From the sequence record OZ556245.1: a stretch of 64,000 nt of DNA. One strand, given 5' to 3'. Positions 28,275-39,353 of this stretch are shown here, piece by piece. The stretch is from a phage. The stretch's first letter is position 1; the number at the start of each line of letters is the position of its first letter. Made by a program: the position numbers and the translations under genes. Below the pieces are notes generated by a model. It made no database searches, was not told where the DNA came from, and worked only from the letters and a program-made list of their open reading frames with translations.

Positions 28275-30971
28275 TCAGCCAAACAGGAAGTCTAACGAAG
28301 CTTTTTCTTCATAGTCCATACCCGCCGATTCACACATGCCCGCAAGCGGTTTAACAAACGATTTTTGGAACAAAGTTGAGTAGTCAATCCAAGACAGTAC
28401 ATCAGAACGAATTTCTTTTGGAAGTTCTGTGCCTGATGGCCAAGCAATGCACTTGTCACCAAATGGATTTCCTTCACGTAATGGAAGAACCATTACCTTA
28501 TTTCCATCCAAAATTGGAGCTACACCTAAACCGCTAACAGCTCGACGATAAGTTAGCACACCACGAATATGGAACGGACATTTAAATCCTGGCCAACCTT
28601 TATCATCATATTTCGCTATATCGTTCGCAGTTTTTACTTCAGCAATAACTTTATAGTCAAGTTGACGATATTCTTTCTCAAAGTTCTTGTAGTATTCTTG
28701 GACAGACTCTTCGCCTTCCTGAAGAATACGACGAATACTTTCTTCGAGAGCTTCTTGTACTGCTTTTGGTGTTGAACTCTGCTGAGTTTCCATACCCATG
28801 ATTTTTAGATGTGGTTCAGCAAATCGCTTATCTTCCATATCATAAACGTTCAGAGCATAACGTTTTTTCGCTTTCCAAAATCCACCAACACCCTTTGAAC
28901 CAAGCGGAGGACAAGAAATAGCTTCACGGTCCATATGCATCAGATGCTCGCGGTTATTCATATAATCACATAACTCACGATATGCAACATCAATCATAGG
29001 TTCCATCTTTTTCTTACCAAACTGATTCATGAATTCAACTAAATCATTTTGTTCTTTAAAGCGATCAAGACCTACTTTTTCAATTACTTTATCTACACAA
29101 ACATATACCGAATCAGTATCACCTGCTGCGATGAAATCTTCACCATTAGTTCCACACACTTTATTTAGATATTCATTAATTTTGCGAGCAATCCACTGAA
29201 TACCGACTTGACCGAAAATTGTGATAGCAGTAGCATTTCGCAAATCATAGTAACGGAAATGAATATTACCAAGAGCGCCATAAAGACTGTTAATAAGAAT
29301 TTTACGGTTCAGCTGATTTGTGTTAGCAAGTGTAGCAGCTTTTTCACATTCTTCAATCAGACTGTTAAGAACAGATTCGGTGTAATTCGATAATTCGTTT
29401 AAGAAATCATCACTGAACTTAACATATCGTTCAACTTCTGGTTTAGTTGAGCAAGACCCTGCACCTTTCATAATAATCTTTTTAATAGATTCGGCATTCA
29501 TTTCTTCCGCGAACATTTTCTTTTTCCAATCTTTACGCTGGAAAAATACTTTAGCGATTTCCTTTGGAATGATACCTTCTTGGTGCTTATCATACATCCA
29601 TCCATTCGGAGAGCAAGAATATTCATCACTTGGCTTAGGAGCTGTTCCTGCGATATATTCATGAATTGGATGAACTTTAAACTGCCCGCGAATAGTCTCA
29701 GGACTAATGTTAACCTGACGAATAATGCTAGGATACAGAGACGTCAAGTCAAAACTCATAATGTATCGACGAGCAATCGGTTTAGGTTCAAACACAAATG
29801 CACCTGGAAAACTCTGTTTAACGTGCGAACCTTGTTGAGGAATAACCTTATGTTCACCTTTCAGTGAGTTAAAAATAATAGCGTCCCAAGTTTTAATAGG
29901 ACTCATTACACCAGAAAAAGGCATTTTAGCGTAATAAGACATACTTAAAACTAGATCGATAAACCCACGAATTTTATCAATTGCTTGAACTGATTCTACG
30001 TCAATGATGTTATAACTAATGTATCGTTGATGATTAGTCTCACGAAGTTTATTAATAGGACCATCGTACGGCAATTTACCTTTTTTGGTTTCATGTTGAG
30101 CAACTGATTCCAAAGAGAACGATGGCAAATTAGTAAATGCGAATTTCTTGTACAAATCTAAATAATCAAGAATAGATACGCCATCAATAGAATAAATTTC
30201 TTTACTACCGTACATATTTTGAATTAGTTTAGATTTTACTCGACCGATTGGAGAGAAGCGTTTCATACTACGTTCACCGAGAACCATTTTAACACGATTC
30301 ATGATATACGGAACGTCAAATCCCTCAATATTCCAACCAGTAAAAATAGCAGGTCGTTTCTGTTCCCAGAGATTGATATATTCCATGAGCATATCACGCT
30401 CATTATCGAATGGCATATAAATTACTCGGTCAAGAATTTCTTGAGGAACTTCATCACCACCTTCACAGTCAAGCTTAGCAGCTAACTTTGCATCCCATTT
30501 TGATACTGAACCGTACATTGAATTCAACAAATCAAAGACGTAAAAACGATCATCAATTGAATCATAATGAGTGATAGCATCAATTTCATATTCTGCTTTC
30601 ATTGGGTCAGGAAATTTATCACCAGTAACCTCAATGTCGCAGTTAGCTACACGAACAAATTTTCGGTCATAAACAATTTCTGAACCATATGTATCACTGA
30701 TATAAGCGAGTTTAAAATCGTTCATACCGAGAGCTTCGAGACCGATGTCTTCCATTCGCTTCATCCAGTCTCGTGCATCTTTCATTGATGGAAATTTTTG
30801 AGGAGCACAATTTTTACCATAAATGTCTTTGTATTTTGACTCTTCCTTACAATGCCTAAACATAGTCGGAAGATATTCTACTTCACGGGTACGTTCCTTT
30901 CCATTTTCATCAATATAACGTTCAACAATATTATTTCCGACTGTTTCGATAGAGATATAAAATTCTTTCAT
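28275..30971 (-). CDS. 43: DNA polymerase gp43 (family B, with 3'-5' exonuclease)
   Basis: 898 aa as T4 gp43; exo motif CDIEV; polymerase motif AAGDTDSVY. Confidence 0.95.
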   Translation of the reverse strand: MKEFYISIETVGNNIVERYIDENGKERTREVEYLPTMFRHCKEESKYKDIYGKNCAPQKFPSMKDARDWMKRMEDIGLEALGMNDFKLAYISDTYGSEIVYDRKFVRVANCDIEVTGDKFPDPMKAEYEIDAITHYDSIDDRFYVFDLLNSMYGSVSKWDAKLAAKLDCEGGDEVPQEILDRVIYMPFDNERDMLMEYINLWEQKRPAIFTGWNIEGFDVPYIMNRVKMVLGERSMKRFSPIGRVKSKLIQNMYGSKEIYSIDGVSILDYLDLYKKFAFTNLPSFSLESVAQHETKKGKLPYDGPINKLRETNHQRYISYNIIDVESVQAIDKIRGFIDLVLSMSYYAKMPFSGVMSPIKTWDAIIFNSLKGEHKVIPQQGSHVKQSFPGAFVFEPKPIARRYIMSFDLTSLYPSIIRQVNISPETIRGQFKVHPIHEYIAGTAPKPSDEYSCSPNGWMYDKHQEGIIPKEIAKVFFQRKDWKKKMFAEEMNAESIKKIIMKGAGSCSTKPEVERYVKFSDDFLNELSNYTESVLNSLIEECEKAATLANTNQLNRKILINSLYGALGNIHFRYYDLRNATAITIFGQVGIQWIARKINEYLNKVCGTNGEDFIAAGDTDSVYVCVDKVIEKVGLDRFKEQNDLVEFMNQFGKKKMEPMIDVAYRELCDYMNNREHLMHMDREAISCPPLGSKGVGGFWKAKKRYALNVYDMEDKRFAEPHLKIMGMETQQSSTPKAVQEALEESIRRILQEGEESVQEYYKNFEKEYRQLDYKVIAEVKTANDIAKYDDKGWPGFKCPFHIRGVLTYRRAVSGLGVAPILDGNKVMVLPLREGNPFGDKCIAWPSGTELPKEIRSDVLSWIDYSTLFQKSFVKPLAGMCESAGMDYEEKASLDFLFG

Positions 30972-31008
30972 AGATATTCCTTAGTTTATAGCCCGAGTTA
31001 TTAGGCTC
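30972..31008 (-). promoter_or_regulatory. candidate gp43 translational operator (hairpin plus SD upstream of gene 43)
   Basis: AGCCUAAUAACUCGGGCU hairpin directly 5' of AAGGAA SD and ATG of gene 43. Confidence 0.45.
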
Positions 31009-31028
31009 TTGATATATTATACTCCAAA

Positions 31029-31046
31029 TAAGGGGCCGAAGCCCCT
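31029..31046 (-). terminator. UUCG-tetraloop hairpin after regA
   Basis: AAGGGGCUUCGGCCCCUU. Confidence 0.55.
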
Positions 31047-31049
31047 TGC

Positions 31050-31418
31050 TTAATTACCAATCGTATATTTTGGAACGAGTTTCCATTCATGTTTTTGTTT
31101 AAAAGAAATAACTCGGAAGTTATTGGTTAAATCTTTCATAAAAGTTCTTTGACCAGGAACGATTTCAATCAGTCCCCAATCTTCTAACAGCCACGCAATC
31201 GAATCACGACGAACTTCATCTTCTTCTGTCATTTCAACCTGACGGCCATCCATACGAAGCATTTCTTTAAAATGAACGATATAGTATAGTCCTTTTTTCT
31301 GAAGAATATGACAGGACTGATACAGAACTTTATCTTTATTATTAGCAATTCCCATACGAGTCAAGGTTTCTTTTACTTTCAGAAAATCTTCAGGTTTTTT
31401 AAGAGTAATTTCAATCAT
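31050..31418 (-). CDS. regA: translational repressor RegA
   Basis: 122 aa; between gene 62 and gene 43. Confidence 0.85.
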   Translation of the reverse strand: MIEITLKKPEDFLKVKETLTRMGIANNKDKVLYQSCHILQKKGLYYIVHFKEMLRMDGRQVEMTEEDEVRRDSIAWLLEDWGLIEIVPGQRTFMKDLTNNFRVISFKQKHEWKLVPKYTIGN

Positions 31419-31419
31419 T

Positions 31420-31983
31420 TTACCATTCCAATGCTAGTTTTTTGAATTGTTTCTGTTCTTTTACATTCTTAGTCACTTCTTTTAAAAAATCATCCGTGAC
31501 TAAACCTTTTAGTTCTTTTAATACTAAAGGAAGTTTTCCATTTTTAGCAAGAATTGATTTATAGTTAATTGCATCATTTGTATTAACTTGATACCGCTTA
31601 GCAAGTAACTTAATAATCAATACTTCAGTAGAATCTTCAACCAGTTTTGCCCATTTACCATATCTTTTACCACGAGGAACAGCAGCCATTAGATAATTAA
31701 AATGAGCTTCATCGCTTAAACCTGATCCAATTAAATTCATAGCATATACAGCTGGCATGCACTCAGGAAATTGTGATAATGCATTCTCAACCATGTATTT
31801 TGAATAATCTTTTTGAGCAATAGAGCATTTAGTTTTATTATTAATAGCTCCAATTATTTCAAAAAATTCATTTTCAGCTTTTTCCTTAAAAGAATCAGCA
31901 GCAGATTGGACAGCTGTCCAATCTTTTGAATACCAAGCAACTTGATGCTCGTTTAATTGAATATCATCTTCAAATAAGCTCAT
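31420..31983 (-). CDS. 62: clamp loader small subunit gp62
   Basis: 187 aa; translationally coupled to gene 44. Confidence 0.85.
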   Translation of the reverse strand: MSLFEDDIQLNEHQVAWYSKDWTAVQSAADSFKEKAENEFFEIIGAINNKTKCSIAQKDYSKYMVENALSQFPECMPAVYAMNLIGSGLSDEAHFNYLMAAVPRGKRYGKWAKLVEDSTEVLIIKLLAKRYQVNTNDAINYKSILAKNGKLPLVLKELKGLVTDDFLKEVTKNVKEQKQFKKLALEW

Positions 31984-31984
31984 A

Positions 31985-32959
31985 TCACTTCCACTGCATT
32001 TCGCATGCTAATTGAATGAAAAGATATGCTAAATGTAATTCCGTATTAGCCGCAATTCCATGATACTGGTTATTTTCACCAACAATTTCATACATACGAA
32101 TAATACTTTGCGGAGTTACGCGTGTATAGATTTCTTCGGCAAGTTTACCTACGAACCACGAATAATCAGCTGCATATTTTGGTGCTAAAGCTCTGAGCTG
32201 TTTAACATCTTTATTTTTGAGAGACTCAAGAACATCATCAATAGCACCACGATCGTTAGTAACCAGTGATAAAATACCAGCATCCAAAACACCTTTAGAT
32301 GAATAACTATCGAGCTCGCCGATAGTTTTACGAAAATCAGGAAAATTCTTTTTAACCAAAGCTGCTACAACTTTCATATCAGCTATAGCAATTCCTTCAT
32401 GCTTGCAGATTTCAGTCAATCGACGAATCATCTGCTTCATCATTTCAATTTTATCTTCATCGGTCGGTTGACCGAATGTAATAACACGACAGCGTGACTG
32501 AAGCGGTTTAATAATACCATCAATATTGTTAGCAGTAATAATAATACTGCAGTTTGAACTATAAGCTTCCATAAAGGAACGAAGATGTCGCTGAGACTCT
32601 GCTAACCCTGAGCGGTCAAATTCATCAATAACGATTACTTTTTGACGACCATCAAATGAAGCTGCACTAGCAAAATTAGTCAAAGGACCACGAACGAAAT
32701 CAATTTTACAATCTGATCCATTCACAAACATCATATCAGCATTTACATCATGACACAATGCTTTTGCTACAGTTGTTTTACCTGTTCCTGGAGAAGGAGA
32801 ATGAAGAATAATATGTGGAATCTTACCTTTACTTGTAATAGATTTAAAGGTTTCTTTATCAAAGGCGGGAAGAATACATTCATCGATAGTAGATGGACGA
32901 TATTTTTGTTCAAGAATGTGTTCTTTTTCATTTACAGTAATCATAATTTCCTCATTCAA
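31985..32959 (-). CDS. 44: clamp loader ATPase gp44 (AAA+)
   Basis: Walker A GTGKTT; SRC motif LQSRCRV. Confidence 0.9.
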   Translation of the reverse strand: MNEEIMITVNEKEHILEQKYRPSTIDECILPAFDKETFKSITSKGKIPHIILHSPSPGTGKTTVAKALCHDVNADMMFVNGSDCKIDFVRGPLTNFASAASFDGRQKVIVIDEFDRSGLAESQRHLRSFMEAYSSNCSIIITANNIDGIIKPLQSRCRVITFGQPTDEDKIEMMKQMIRRLTEICKHEGIAIADMKVVAALVKKNFPDFRKTIGELDSYSSKGVLDAGILSLVTNDRGAIDDVLESLKNKDVKQLRALAPKYAADYSWFVGKLAEEIYTRVTPQSIIRMYEIVGENNQYHGIAANTELHLAYLFIQLACEMQWK

Positions 32960-32974
32960 GTTTTAGTGTAAATT

Positions 32975-32992
32975 TAAGGGCCGAAGCCCTTT
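32975..32992 (-). terminator. UUCG-tetraloop hairpin between genes 45 and 44
   Basis: AAGGGCUUCGGCCCUU. Confidence 0.5.
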
Positions 32993-32993
32993 A

Positions 32994-33680
32994 TTAAAAG
33001 TCGTGGGTAGAATCAGCTTCAAGAGCTACTACATAATTCGCGTGTTCACCTTCAAATTTAGCAGCACCTTGTTTACCTTTTGCCCAGAGCAGAAGTTTAT
33101 AATTTCCTGGTTGCATTTTCATATTTGCCATATTGATAATGAAATTAAATGTATTTTCACCATCATAATCACCAAGAGTCAAAGAATATTTAACACGGGT
33201 CAAAGCAGAATCTTCTACTTTATTAAAACCGTTAATTACGATTTTTCCTTCTTTTACTGTGATAGCAATTGTATCAATCTGCAGACCACGAGATACACGC
33301 AACAGCTGTTGAAGGTCTTCAGCTTTAATTTCAGTAACAACAGATGCTACCGGGAATGGAATTGGTTTATTAGGAGCAACTACTGTACTTGGATCGGCTG
33401 CTGGCCAAAAAATTGTTGAACGAGCATCAGCAATTTTAATATTTCCATCTTCTGACTGGGAAATTTCTGCATCGTCATTAACTAGGGACAGAATACCGAG
33501 AAAACCGTTCAAATCGTAAATTGCTACATCAAAATCAATAGTGTCAGAAATATTTGCTTCCGCATAAGTTGTACCATTAACTGCGCGAGTCATAATAAAT
33601 TGACCAGATTTAAGCATAATACCAGAGTTAATAGTAGCGAAATTTTTAAGCAGAGCAGTAGTATCTTTAGACAGTTTCAT
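32994..33680 (-). CDS. 45: sliding clamp gp45
   Basis: 228 aa as T4 gp45; upstream of 44/62. Confidence 0.9.
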   Translation of the reverse strand: MKLSKDTTALLKNFATINSGIMLKSGQFIMTRAVNGTTYAEANISDTIDFDVAIYDLNGFLGILSLVNDDAEISQSEDGNIKIADARSTIFWPAADPSTVVAPNKPIPFPVASVVTEIKAEDLQQLLRVSRGLQIDTIAITVKEGKIVINGFNKVEDSALTRVKYSLTLGDYDGENTFNFIINMANMKMQPGNYKLLLWAKGKQGAAKFEGEHANYVVALEADSTHDF

Positions 33681-33735
33681 GTAATTTCCTTCAATTCAAA
33701 TGAGATTTAATTTTATAACTAATTTAATAAAGCAA

Positions 33736-34125
33736 TTAACGATTAAAATCGGCAGCAATTGTTTCCGCAACAATTTGAGCAGCGACAATTAGGCGTTCAT
33801 CTGCATTACCACAATAATCGTCTTCAAGGCGTTCACCGCATGAAGTCATAATAAATTTAGCACCAGCATTTAAAGATTCTGTCGTATGTTTGCGCATTAG
33901 TTCAATCCATTTATTACTTACTTCGCGATCGATAGCTTCATAATACGCATGACGAGCAGGTGCAGATTTAATTTTGCTCTGAATAACTTCCATCGCGTTA
34001 TCAGAAAGAGACAAAACCCATGCTCGACGAATTTTATTTTGGTTTTGTGGATTTGAATCAGAACGCACGTGTTTTGGCTGAATATCTTTTACATCAACAG
34101 TATAATTCACAGTAATTTTAGTCAT
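33736..34125 (-). CDS. rpbA: RNA polymerase-binding protein RpbA
   Basis: 129 aa; between gene 46 and gene 45. Confidence 0.7.
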   Translation of the reverse strand: MTKITVNYTVDVKDIQPKHVRSDSNPQNQNKIRRAWVLSLSDNAMEVIQSKIKSAPARHAYYEAIDREVSNKWIELMRKHTTESLNAGAKFIMTSCGERLEDDYCGNADERLIVAAQIVAETIAADFNR

Positions 34126-34134
34126 AATACACCT

Positions 34135-34323
34135 TTAGTCATAATAATCAGTAACAGTCCAAGCTTCATTTCTGTTGGACATTATTTTCGTATATTCTGC
34201 TTTAAATGCATTCTTAAGCATAGATTCAGTAACTATATGCTCTTCATTAGAAAAATTATTTCTCAGAATATATCGTTTTATTTCAGGAATAGTTAATAGA
34301 TGCTGTCCAGTTGAATATTCCAT
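34135..34323 (-). CDS. hypothetical small protein (62 aa)
   Basis: ORF track. Confidence 0.45.
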   Translation of the reverse strand: MEYSTGQHLLTIPEIKRYILRNNFSNEEHIVTESMLKNAFKAEYTKIMSNRNEAWTVTDYYD

Positions 34324-34378
34324 GTTTTTCCTCCATAGAGATTATACTCTAATAAATTAAAGCATAATCTCTTATAAA

Positions 34379-36061
34379 TTAAACCATTACAGTAAATCGA
34401 CCAACTTTCTTCATTTGAAGATGCTGACCATATTCTTGTGGGTCATGGTCTTTATGTGAAATTATAAAAACATTAGTATTTTTCATTGAATTTATAATAT
34501 TAGCTACACCTTTAATACCTTCGGCATCAAATGACCCATCAAACACTTCATCGAGTATTAATGTACTAATACTAACACCAGATACAATAGAAGCAATATC
34601 ACGCCAAGTAAATAAAAGAGCAATATCAATTCGTGCTTTTTCACCTTCACTAAATGAAGCATAACTAAAATCTTCACGACCACGGGATTTAATTGTCTCA
34701 TTAAATTCTTCATCTAATGTAAACACATAATCCGCTTCCATTATTTTAAGATAATGGTTAATCTGCTTATTAAATAATGGAATGTACTTTTTAATAATAG
34801 CACCTTTAATACCAGAATCTTTGAGCATATCAGTCAAAATTCCTCTGTGGTATTTTTCCATTACCAAATTAGTTTTTGTCTTAACAATTTTATCAAGTTC
34901 TTCTTGAAGCAGTGCTATTTCATCAGCATGGTCAATAAACTCAGATGATGCTTTTTCTATAGCTGCTTTAACTTTTTTAGCTTTATCTACCGTCGTGATT
35001 AGAGATTGCTTTTTATTGCGAATATCATTCGCCAACGTCTGCTGGGTTTTAATATTATCTCTGTATTCATCAACAAGAACTTTTAAATTATCACGATGTG
35101 TTGAAAGCTGTTCAAACGAATGTGTGCATTCAGAAACTTTATCTTTAATTTTAGAAACAACTTTATCACCGGAACTTAATTGTGACAAACAGGTTGGACA
35201 TAATCCACCTTCGTGATACATATTAATGACTTTATTATACGAGTCAATTTTTGATTTAATTAAAAATGCTTCTTGACCGATTTTATTAAATGCATCAGTC
35301 GGGTCTTCATCCAAAACAATATTAACTAATCTTTCATTAGCTTCTTCTATTTCCGATTTTAACGTTCTAGCTTCTTTTGCCAAATCATCATACATATTCT
35401 GCAGACGAGTAAGGTTATCACCGGTTAATTTTTTCTGGCGTTCAACGTTATCATTATATATTTTAATTTGCTGGATAATACTATCTTTTTTAACATCAAG
35501 CACTTGGTTTTGTGAATTTAATTCACGTATTAGTGCTTTATTAAGCTTATCCATTTCAGCTAATGTTCCTACCTCGAGCAAGTCTTCGACGAGTTTTCTT
35601 CTTGCAGGAGTGGATAGGCCCATAAAAGGGGTATATCCAGCCGTGCCGAGTACGACGATTTGTTTGAAACTGGCATATGACATTCCGATAAGCTGTTCAA
35701 ATTCTGCTTGGAAATCTTTACTGCTGGCAGATTCATTAAGACGTGTACCGTTAACGGTGATTTCGAAAACATTCGGTTTTTGTCCTCTTTTGATATAGTA
35801 CTTTTTCTCATCATATTCCATCCACAGTTCAACTAAAAGTTCTTTCTTATTTGTGCTGTTTATTAATTGACCTTTCTTTACATCACGAAATGGCTTGCCA
35901 AAAAGCCCAAATGTGATGGCTTCTAACATAGTAGACTTACCACCGCCATTTCGTCCAGTAATAAGAGTTTTTTGAACCTTATCTAGTTGAATGTCAATAG
36001 GATTTCCACCTACTGACATTATATTTTGATACCTAACTCGGTTTAGTTTAAAATTCTTCAC
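34379..36061 (-). CDS. 46: recombination/repair ATPase gp46 (Rad50/SbcC-like)
   Basis: 560 aa; N-terminal Walker A GRNGGGKST; zinc hook CPTC; C-terminal LILDEVFDG. Confidence 0.9.
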   Translation of the reverse strand: MKNFKLNRVRYQNIMSVGGNPIDIQLDKVQKTLITGRNGGGKSTMLEAITFGLFGKPFRDVKKGQLINSTNKKELLVELWMEYDEKKYYIKRGQKPNVFEITVNGTRLNESASSKDFQAEFEQLIGMSYASFKQIVVLGTAGYTPFMGLSTPARRKLVEDLLEVGTLAEMDKLNKALIRELNSQNQVLDVKKDSIIQQIKIYNDNVERQKKLTGDNLTRLQNMYDDLAKEARTLKSEIEEANERLVNIVLDEDPTDAFNKIGQEAFLIKSKIDSYNKVINMYHEGGLCPTCLSQLSSGDKVVSKIKDKVSECTHSFEQLSTHRDNLKVLVDEYRDNIKTQQTLANDIRNKKQSLITTVDKAKKVKAAIEKASSEFIDHADEIALLQEELDKIVKTKTNLVMEKYHRGILTDMLKDSGIKGAIIKKYIPLFNKQINHYLKIMEADYVFTLDEEFNETIKSRGREDFSYASFSEGEKARIDIALLFTWRDIASIVSGVSISTLILDEVFDGSFDAEGIKGVANIINSMKNTNVFIISHKDHDPQEYGQHLQMKKVGRFTVMV

Positions 36062-36321
36062 AAAAGATTCCTTTTAATGTATCTTTTAGACCATTCTATC
36101 ATATCATCATAATCTAAAAAGTATTCATCAAATTCAGCCATGCAAACAACACCTTGCGCTGCTTTTGATGTGATATAAATTATTCCAACATATCTAGAAT
36201 CTTCTTCGGTGTAATCAATATTTGCTACGAATTCATCGTTAATGTCAAATGTCGAAAACTTCACAGTATGCATCCTTAATACAAGATACAGCCATATCTT
36301 GTAATGATTTAGGTGTGTCAT
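36058..36321 (-). CDS. hypothetical small protein (87 aa)
   Basis: ORF track; overlaps neighbor, start may be internal. Confidence 0.4.
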   Translation of the reverse strand: MTHLNHYKIWLYLVLRMHTVKFSTFDINDEFVANIDYTEEDSRYVGIIYITSKAAQGVVCMAEFDEYFLDYDDMIEWSKRYIKRNLL

Positions 36322-36508
36322 TATCTAAAATGTTGAAGTTAAAAGATACAGCCCAGTCAGTGCAGACCGTAACCTTTTTAATACAATTATCTTCAACCTC
36401 TAGCGGTTCAAACCAATATTCAATAATTTCTTTATGCCCAATATCATCTTTTACTTCGCATTCAAAATGCTGACTCATCATAACATTTTTAAATTCATCA
36501 AAAGTCAT
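36245..36508 (-). CDS. hypothetical small protein (87 aa)
   Basis: ORF track. Confidence 0.45.
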   Translation of the reverse strand: MTFDEFKNVMMSQHFECEVKDDIGHKEIIEYWFEPLEVEDNCIKKVTVCTDWAVSFNFNILDNDTPKSLQDMAVSCIKDAYCEVFDI

Positions 36509-37524
36509 TGTGTTGCCTCTACATATAACTGGTTTGCATATTGAATAAGTGCTTCGCGATCAGAATCAGTGATGTCTGGAATTGCATTAATGTATTCTTC
36601 CATTAACGTCTGAAGTGATTGAACTTCAACTTCTTCACTATCATCTGACTCGACAGAGTTATCAATCTTTGACACAACTCGTAATGAATGCACAACTTTT
36701 TCTAGTTCAGATTCGAACTTCGTTAGATTTTTGTCTACTTCAGTTACTATAACACGCACTGATAGATTTGTAAAATCTTTATAGTCAATTTTTCCCTTAA
36801 ATGGATATTGAATTCGACGATGCCAGGTAGTGTTGTTTGGAATAAATTCCATTCGTTCTGTTTCTGTATCAAACATCCAGAACCCACGAGGGTCATTCTC
36901 GTCACCCGCAGTTAGTGTCCATGGTGTCCCAATATATCTGACGTTAGCAGCCTCAGAGATAGTATGGAAGTGACCAGACCACACCTCTTTATAAGTCTTA
37001 AGGAAATCAGGTTCAAGACCGTGAGATTTCATTCCTTTATAAAAATAAAATCCATTCAGTTCCCAGTGACCAACACAAAAAGAAGCAGATGAAGTTTTAA
37101 TATGTTCAAGAATTTCACCAGTATTTTCTTCACACATCCAAGGAATTAAATCAATCAAACATCCGTCAAAATCTACTGTAGTAGGCTTATCATATACTTT
37201 AACATTAGGATATTTAGCCAAAAGCTCAGTAGAAGCATTTGGAGTTAAAGTATTTTTAAAGTGCATATCATGGTTTCCTACGACAGTATGTAGGGTAATA
37301 CCAGCATCATCAAGCATTTGAACTATTTCACGAGCGAACTCCATAGTTTTATGCGTAATTGCTTTTCGCACATCAAAAATATCGCCGTATTGAATCCATG
37401 TAGTAATTCCGTTTTTCTTAGAATATTCTATTGCTTGTTTAATTCCATCCAACTGAATGGATTGAACCCATTCATCGTCGGCTTTAACACCTAAATGCCA
37501 ATCACCTAAATTTAAAATTTTCAT
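36505..37524 (-). CDS. 47: recombination nuclease gp47 (Mre11/SbcD-like phosphoesterase)
   Basis: 339 aa; motifs GDWHLG and GNHD. Confidence 0.9.
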   Translation of the reverse strand: MKILNLGDWHLGVKADDEWVQSIQLDGIKQAIEYSKKNGITTWIQYGDIFDVRKAITHKTMEFAREIVQMLDDAGITLHTVVGNHDMHFKNTLTPNASTELLAKYPNVKVYDKPTTVDFDGCLIDLIPWMCEENTGEILEHIKTSSASFCVGHWELNGFYFYKGMKSHGLEPDFLKTYKEVWSGHFHTISEAANVRYIGTPWTLTAGDENDPRGFWMFDTETERMEFIPNNTTWHRRIQYPFKGKIDYKDFTNLSVRVIVTEVDKNLTKFESELEKVVHSLRVVSKIDNSVESDDSEEVEVQSLQTLMEEYINAIPDITDSDREALIQYANQLYVEATQ

Positions 37525-37659
37525 ATATCAAGAACCGTCATTGAAATGCAAAATAAAATTATTGAAATAAATCCATCTGGAGTGCTAAAGAACCCAATCC
37601 AACATGCTCTAGTGAATAGATAAAACGCGAGAAAAAGTACCACATATCCAAGAAATATC

Positions 37660-37684
37660 ATTATATCAAACTCCGTATAAAGCT
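37660..37684 (-). promoter_or_regulatory. candidate MotA-dependent middle promoter upstream of gene 47
   Basis: GCTTTA - 12 nt - TATAAT immediately after UUCG hairpin. Confidence 0.45.
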
Positions 37685-37702
37685 AAAGGGCCGAAGCCCT
37701 TT
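37685..37702 (-). terminator. UUCG-tetraloop hairpin after alpha-gt
   Basis: AAAGGGCUUCGGCCCUUU. Confidence 0.55.
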
Positions 37703-38903
37703 ATTTTGTAATAATGTCAAACTGTTCTTTAAAGCAGAAGCTTGAATCTTGATGCTGATACAAAAATTCATAAGCTTTTTCGCGTTCACGGTCATAAAGA
37801 GCTCGGTCAGATGACAGTTCTTTAATACGTTCAAATGTTGATTCCATGTCATTTTCATCAAACCAAACGATACCGCTATCATGAGAAATTAACGGAGTAT
37901 TATCAACACGGAATTTTAAATTTTCGCCAGTAGATTTCCAAAATACCGGAATTGTTCCACACGCACCAAGCTCGAGATGAGTATATTCTAAAGAACGTTG
38001 TAGATATTTTTTATCCAACTTACTCAGCTGATAACCAAATCCGGATTTACTCATGCGTTCAAGCATTTCGCTATTTACATAACGGTCGAGAATTTGCGTC
38101 GGCAAATTAGGAGCAATTTTAATTTGGTCTACTTGATGAAGACGATAATATTCGTATGGAATTCCTTTTTCTTTAATAGGAATGAACGCTGGAGAACGTT
38201 CCAGACCTTCCATAATAGTACTTAATCCCGCAGGTTTAAGATGTTTTTCGTGAAAATCAAACATCTGATAAAAACCTTTCCATGTAGTCGTACGACCGAT
38301 CCAACGGTTGACATTCATATTAATTTCAGAAACATCTTTCCAGTAGGTTGATCGAACCTTCGCAATATCCATAGGAGGCTGAAAGTTGTATACAGTCGGT
38401 GCTTCTTCAATATCATCAAACAGAGAAACTGTTTCTGGATACCATTCTTTCATCAAAACTTTATTAAAATCGCCATTATCAGAATGACTAAAAATAACAT
38501 CAGCTCGACGAACAGTTTCTTCTAATCCCAAATTTCGGCGCAAAGAAAGAGAAGAATGGTCATGTTGATAAACTACAACACGAACCGAAGGTTTAATGTT
38601 ATCAATAATTTTTTTATAGTTATTAATAGTGTCTTCTTCGACTGAAGTAGCAGGAACTGAATTGATAATTAGAATATCACAATCATTTACCAGCTTAAGT
38701 GTTTTATCGTATTCTTTTGCCAATAAAACCGGAATTGAAAATGATTTATAATCATGCGCACAATTACGGGTAAATGATTTATCTTTAGCATAAACCAAAG
38801 TTACTTCATGACCATTTTTAATAAACCAATCACGTTGCTCGAGAGAAAATTTAGTTACGCCGCAACCTTCAAGACCTCGAGCCATAAAAATGCATACTTT
38901 CAT
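37701..38903 (-). CDS. agt: DNA alpha-glucosyltransferase
   Basis: 400 aa as T4 alpha-gt; between gene 47 and gene 55. Confidence 0.8.
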   Translation of the reverse strand: MKVCIFMARGLEGCGVTKFSLEQRDWFIKNGHEVTLVYAKDKSFTRNCAHDYKSFSIPVLLAKEYDKTLKLVNDCDILIINSVPATSVEEDTINNYKKIIDNIKPSVRVVVYQHDHSSLSLRRNLGLEETVRRADVIFSHSDNGDFNKVLMKEWYPETVSLFDDIEEAPTVYNFQPPMDIAKVRSTYWKDVSEINMNVNRWIGRTTTWKGFYQMFDFHEKHLKPAGLSTIMEGLERSPAFIPIKEKGIPYEYYRLHQVDQIKIAPNLPTQILDRYVNSEMLERMSKSGFGYQLSKLDKKYLQRSLEYTHLELGACGTIPVFWKSTGENLKFRVDNTPLISHDSGIVWFDENDMESTFERIKELSSDRALYDREREKAYEFLYQHQDSSFCFKEQFDIITK

Positions 38904-38927
38904 TTAATATCCTCATTGTTTTGGTTT

Positions 38928-38951
38928 ATTTTACCAAAAATTTATAAAGCA
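38928..38951 (-). promoter_or_regulatory. candidate MotA-dependent middle promoter upstream of alpha-gt
   Basis: TTGCTTTA MotA box about 11 nt upstream of TAAAAT. Confidence 0.45.
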
Positions 38952-38952
38952 A

Positions 38953-38972
38953 TATAGGAGCCGAAGCTCCTA
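38953..38972 (-). terminator. UUCG-tetraloop hairpin upstream of alpha-gt
   Basis: AUAGGAGCUUCGGCUCCUAU. Confidence 0.45.
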
Positions 38973-39143
38973 TCCGCATAATACACCATACAGAGGCTCA
39001 TTAGAGCTTCTAAATTTTATACGCTTATATGTTATAGTTCCTTCTGCTTTAGCTTTATCATGAGACTCTTTAAAGCGTCTCATCATTTCTGCTTTAGAGG
39101 AACGAATTTTATTATAATCTATTTCAGAAGTCTGGGTGTTCAT
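38970..39143 (-). CDS. small basic protein (about 57 aa)
   Basis: hand-translated MNTQTSEIDYNKIRSSKAEMMRRF...; ATG follows stop of upstream ORF; not in track. Confidence 0.3.
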   Translation of the reverse strand: MNTQTSEIDYNKIRSSKAEMMRRFKESHDKAKAEGTITYKRIKFRSSNEPLYGVLCG

Positions 39144-39146
39144 CTT

Positions 39147-39353
39147 TCACAGTTGCCACCATTTTTTGACTTGATAGGAATCAACCCACACTTTCATATT
39201 AGGGTCTGCTCTTACAATAGGAGGATTAACTTCTTTAATTGAACTATCATGGTATTCTTTTTCAGAAATTTTCACACAAAGATGACCGTTCAAAGATTCA
39301 GTAAATCCTGCATTAATTTTAAGACGCTTGAATTTTACGTTTGTAAGCATCAA
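39147..39353 (-). CDS. hypothetical small protein (68 aa)
   Basis: ORF track. Confidence 0.45.
   Translation of the reverse strand: MMLTNVKFKRLKINAGFTESLNGHLCVKISEKEYHDSSIKEVNPPIVRADPNMKVWVDSYQVKKWWQL

Noticed and set aside
33003-33419. 138-aa plus-strand ORF
   Set aside because: Entirely antisense to sliding clamp gene 45
37661-37882. 73-aa minus-strand ORF
   Set aside because: Out-of-frame overlap with the 3' end of alpha-gt; its ATG sits inside a promoter -10
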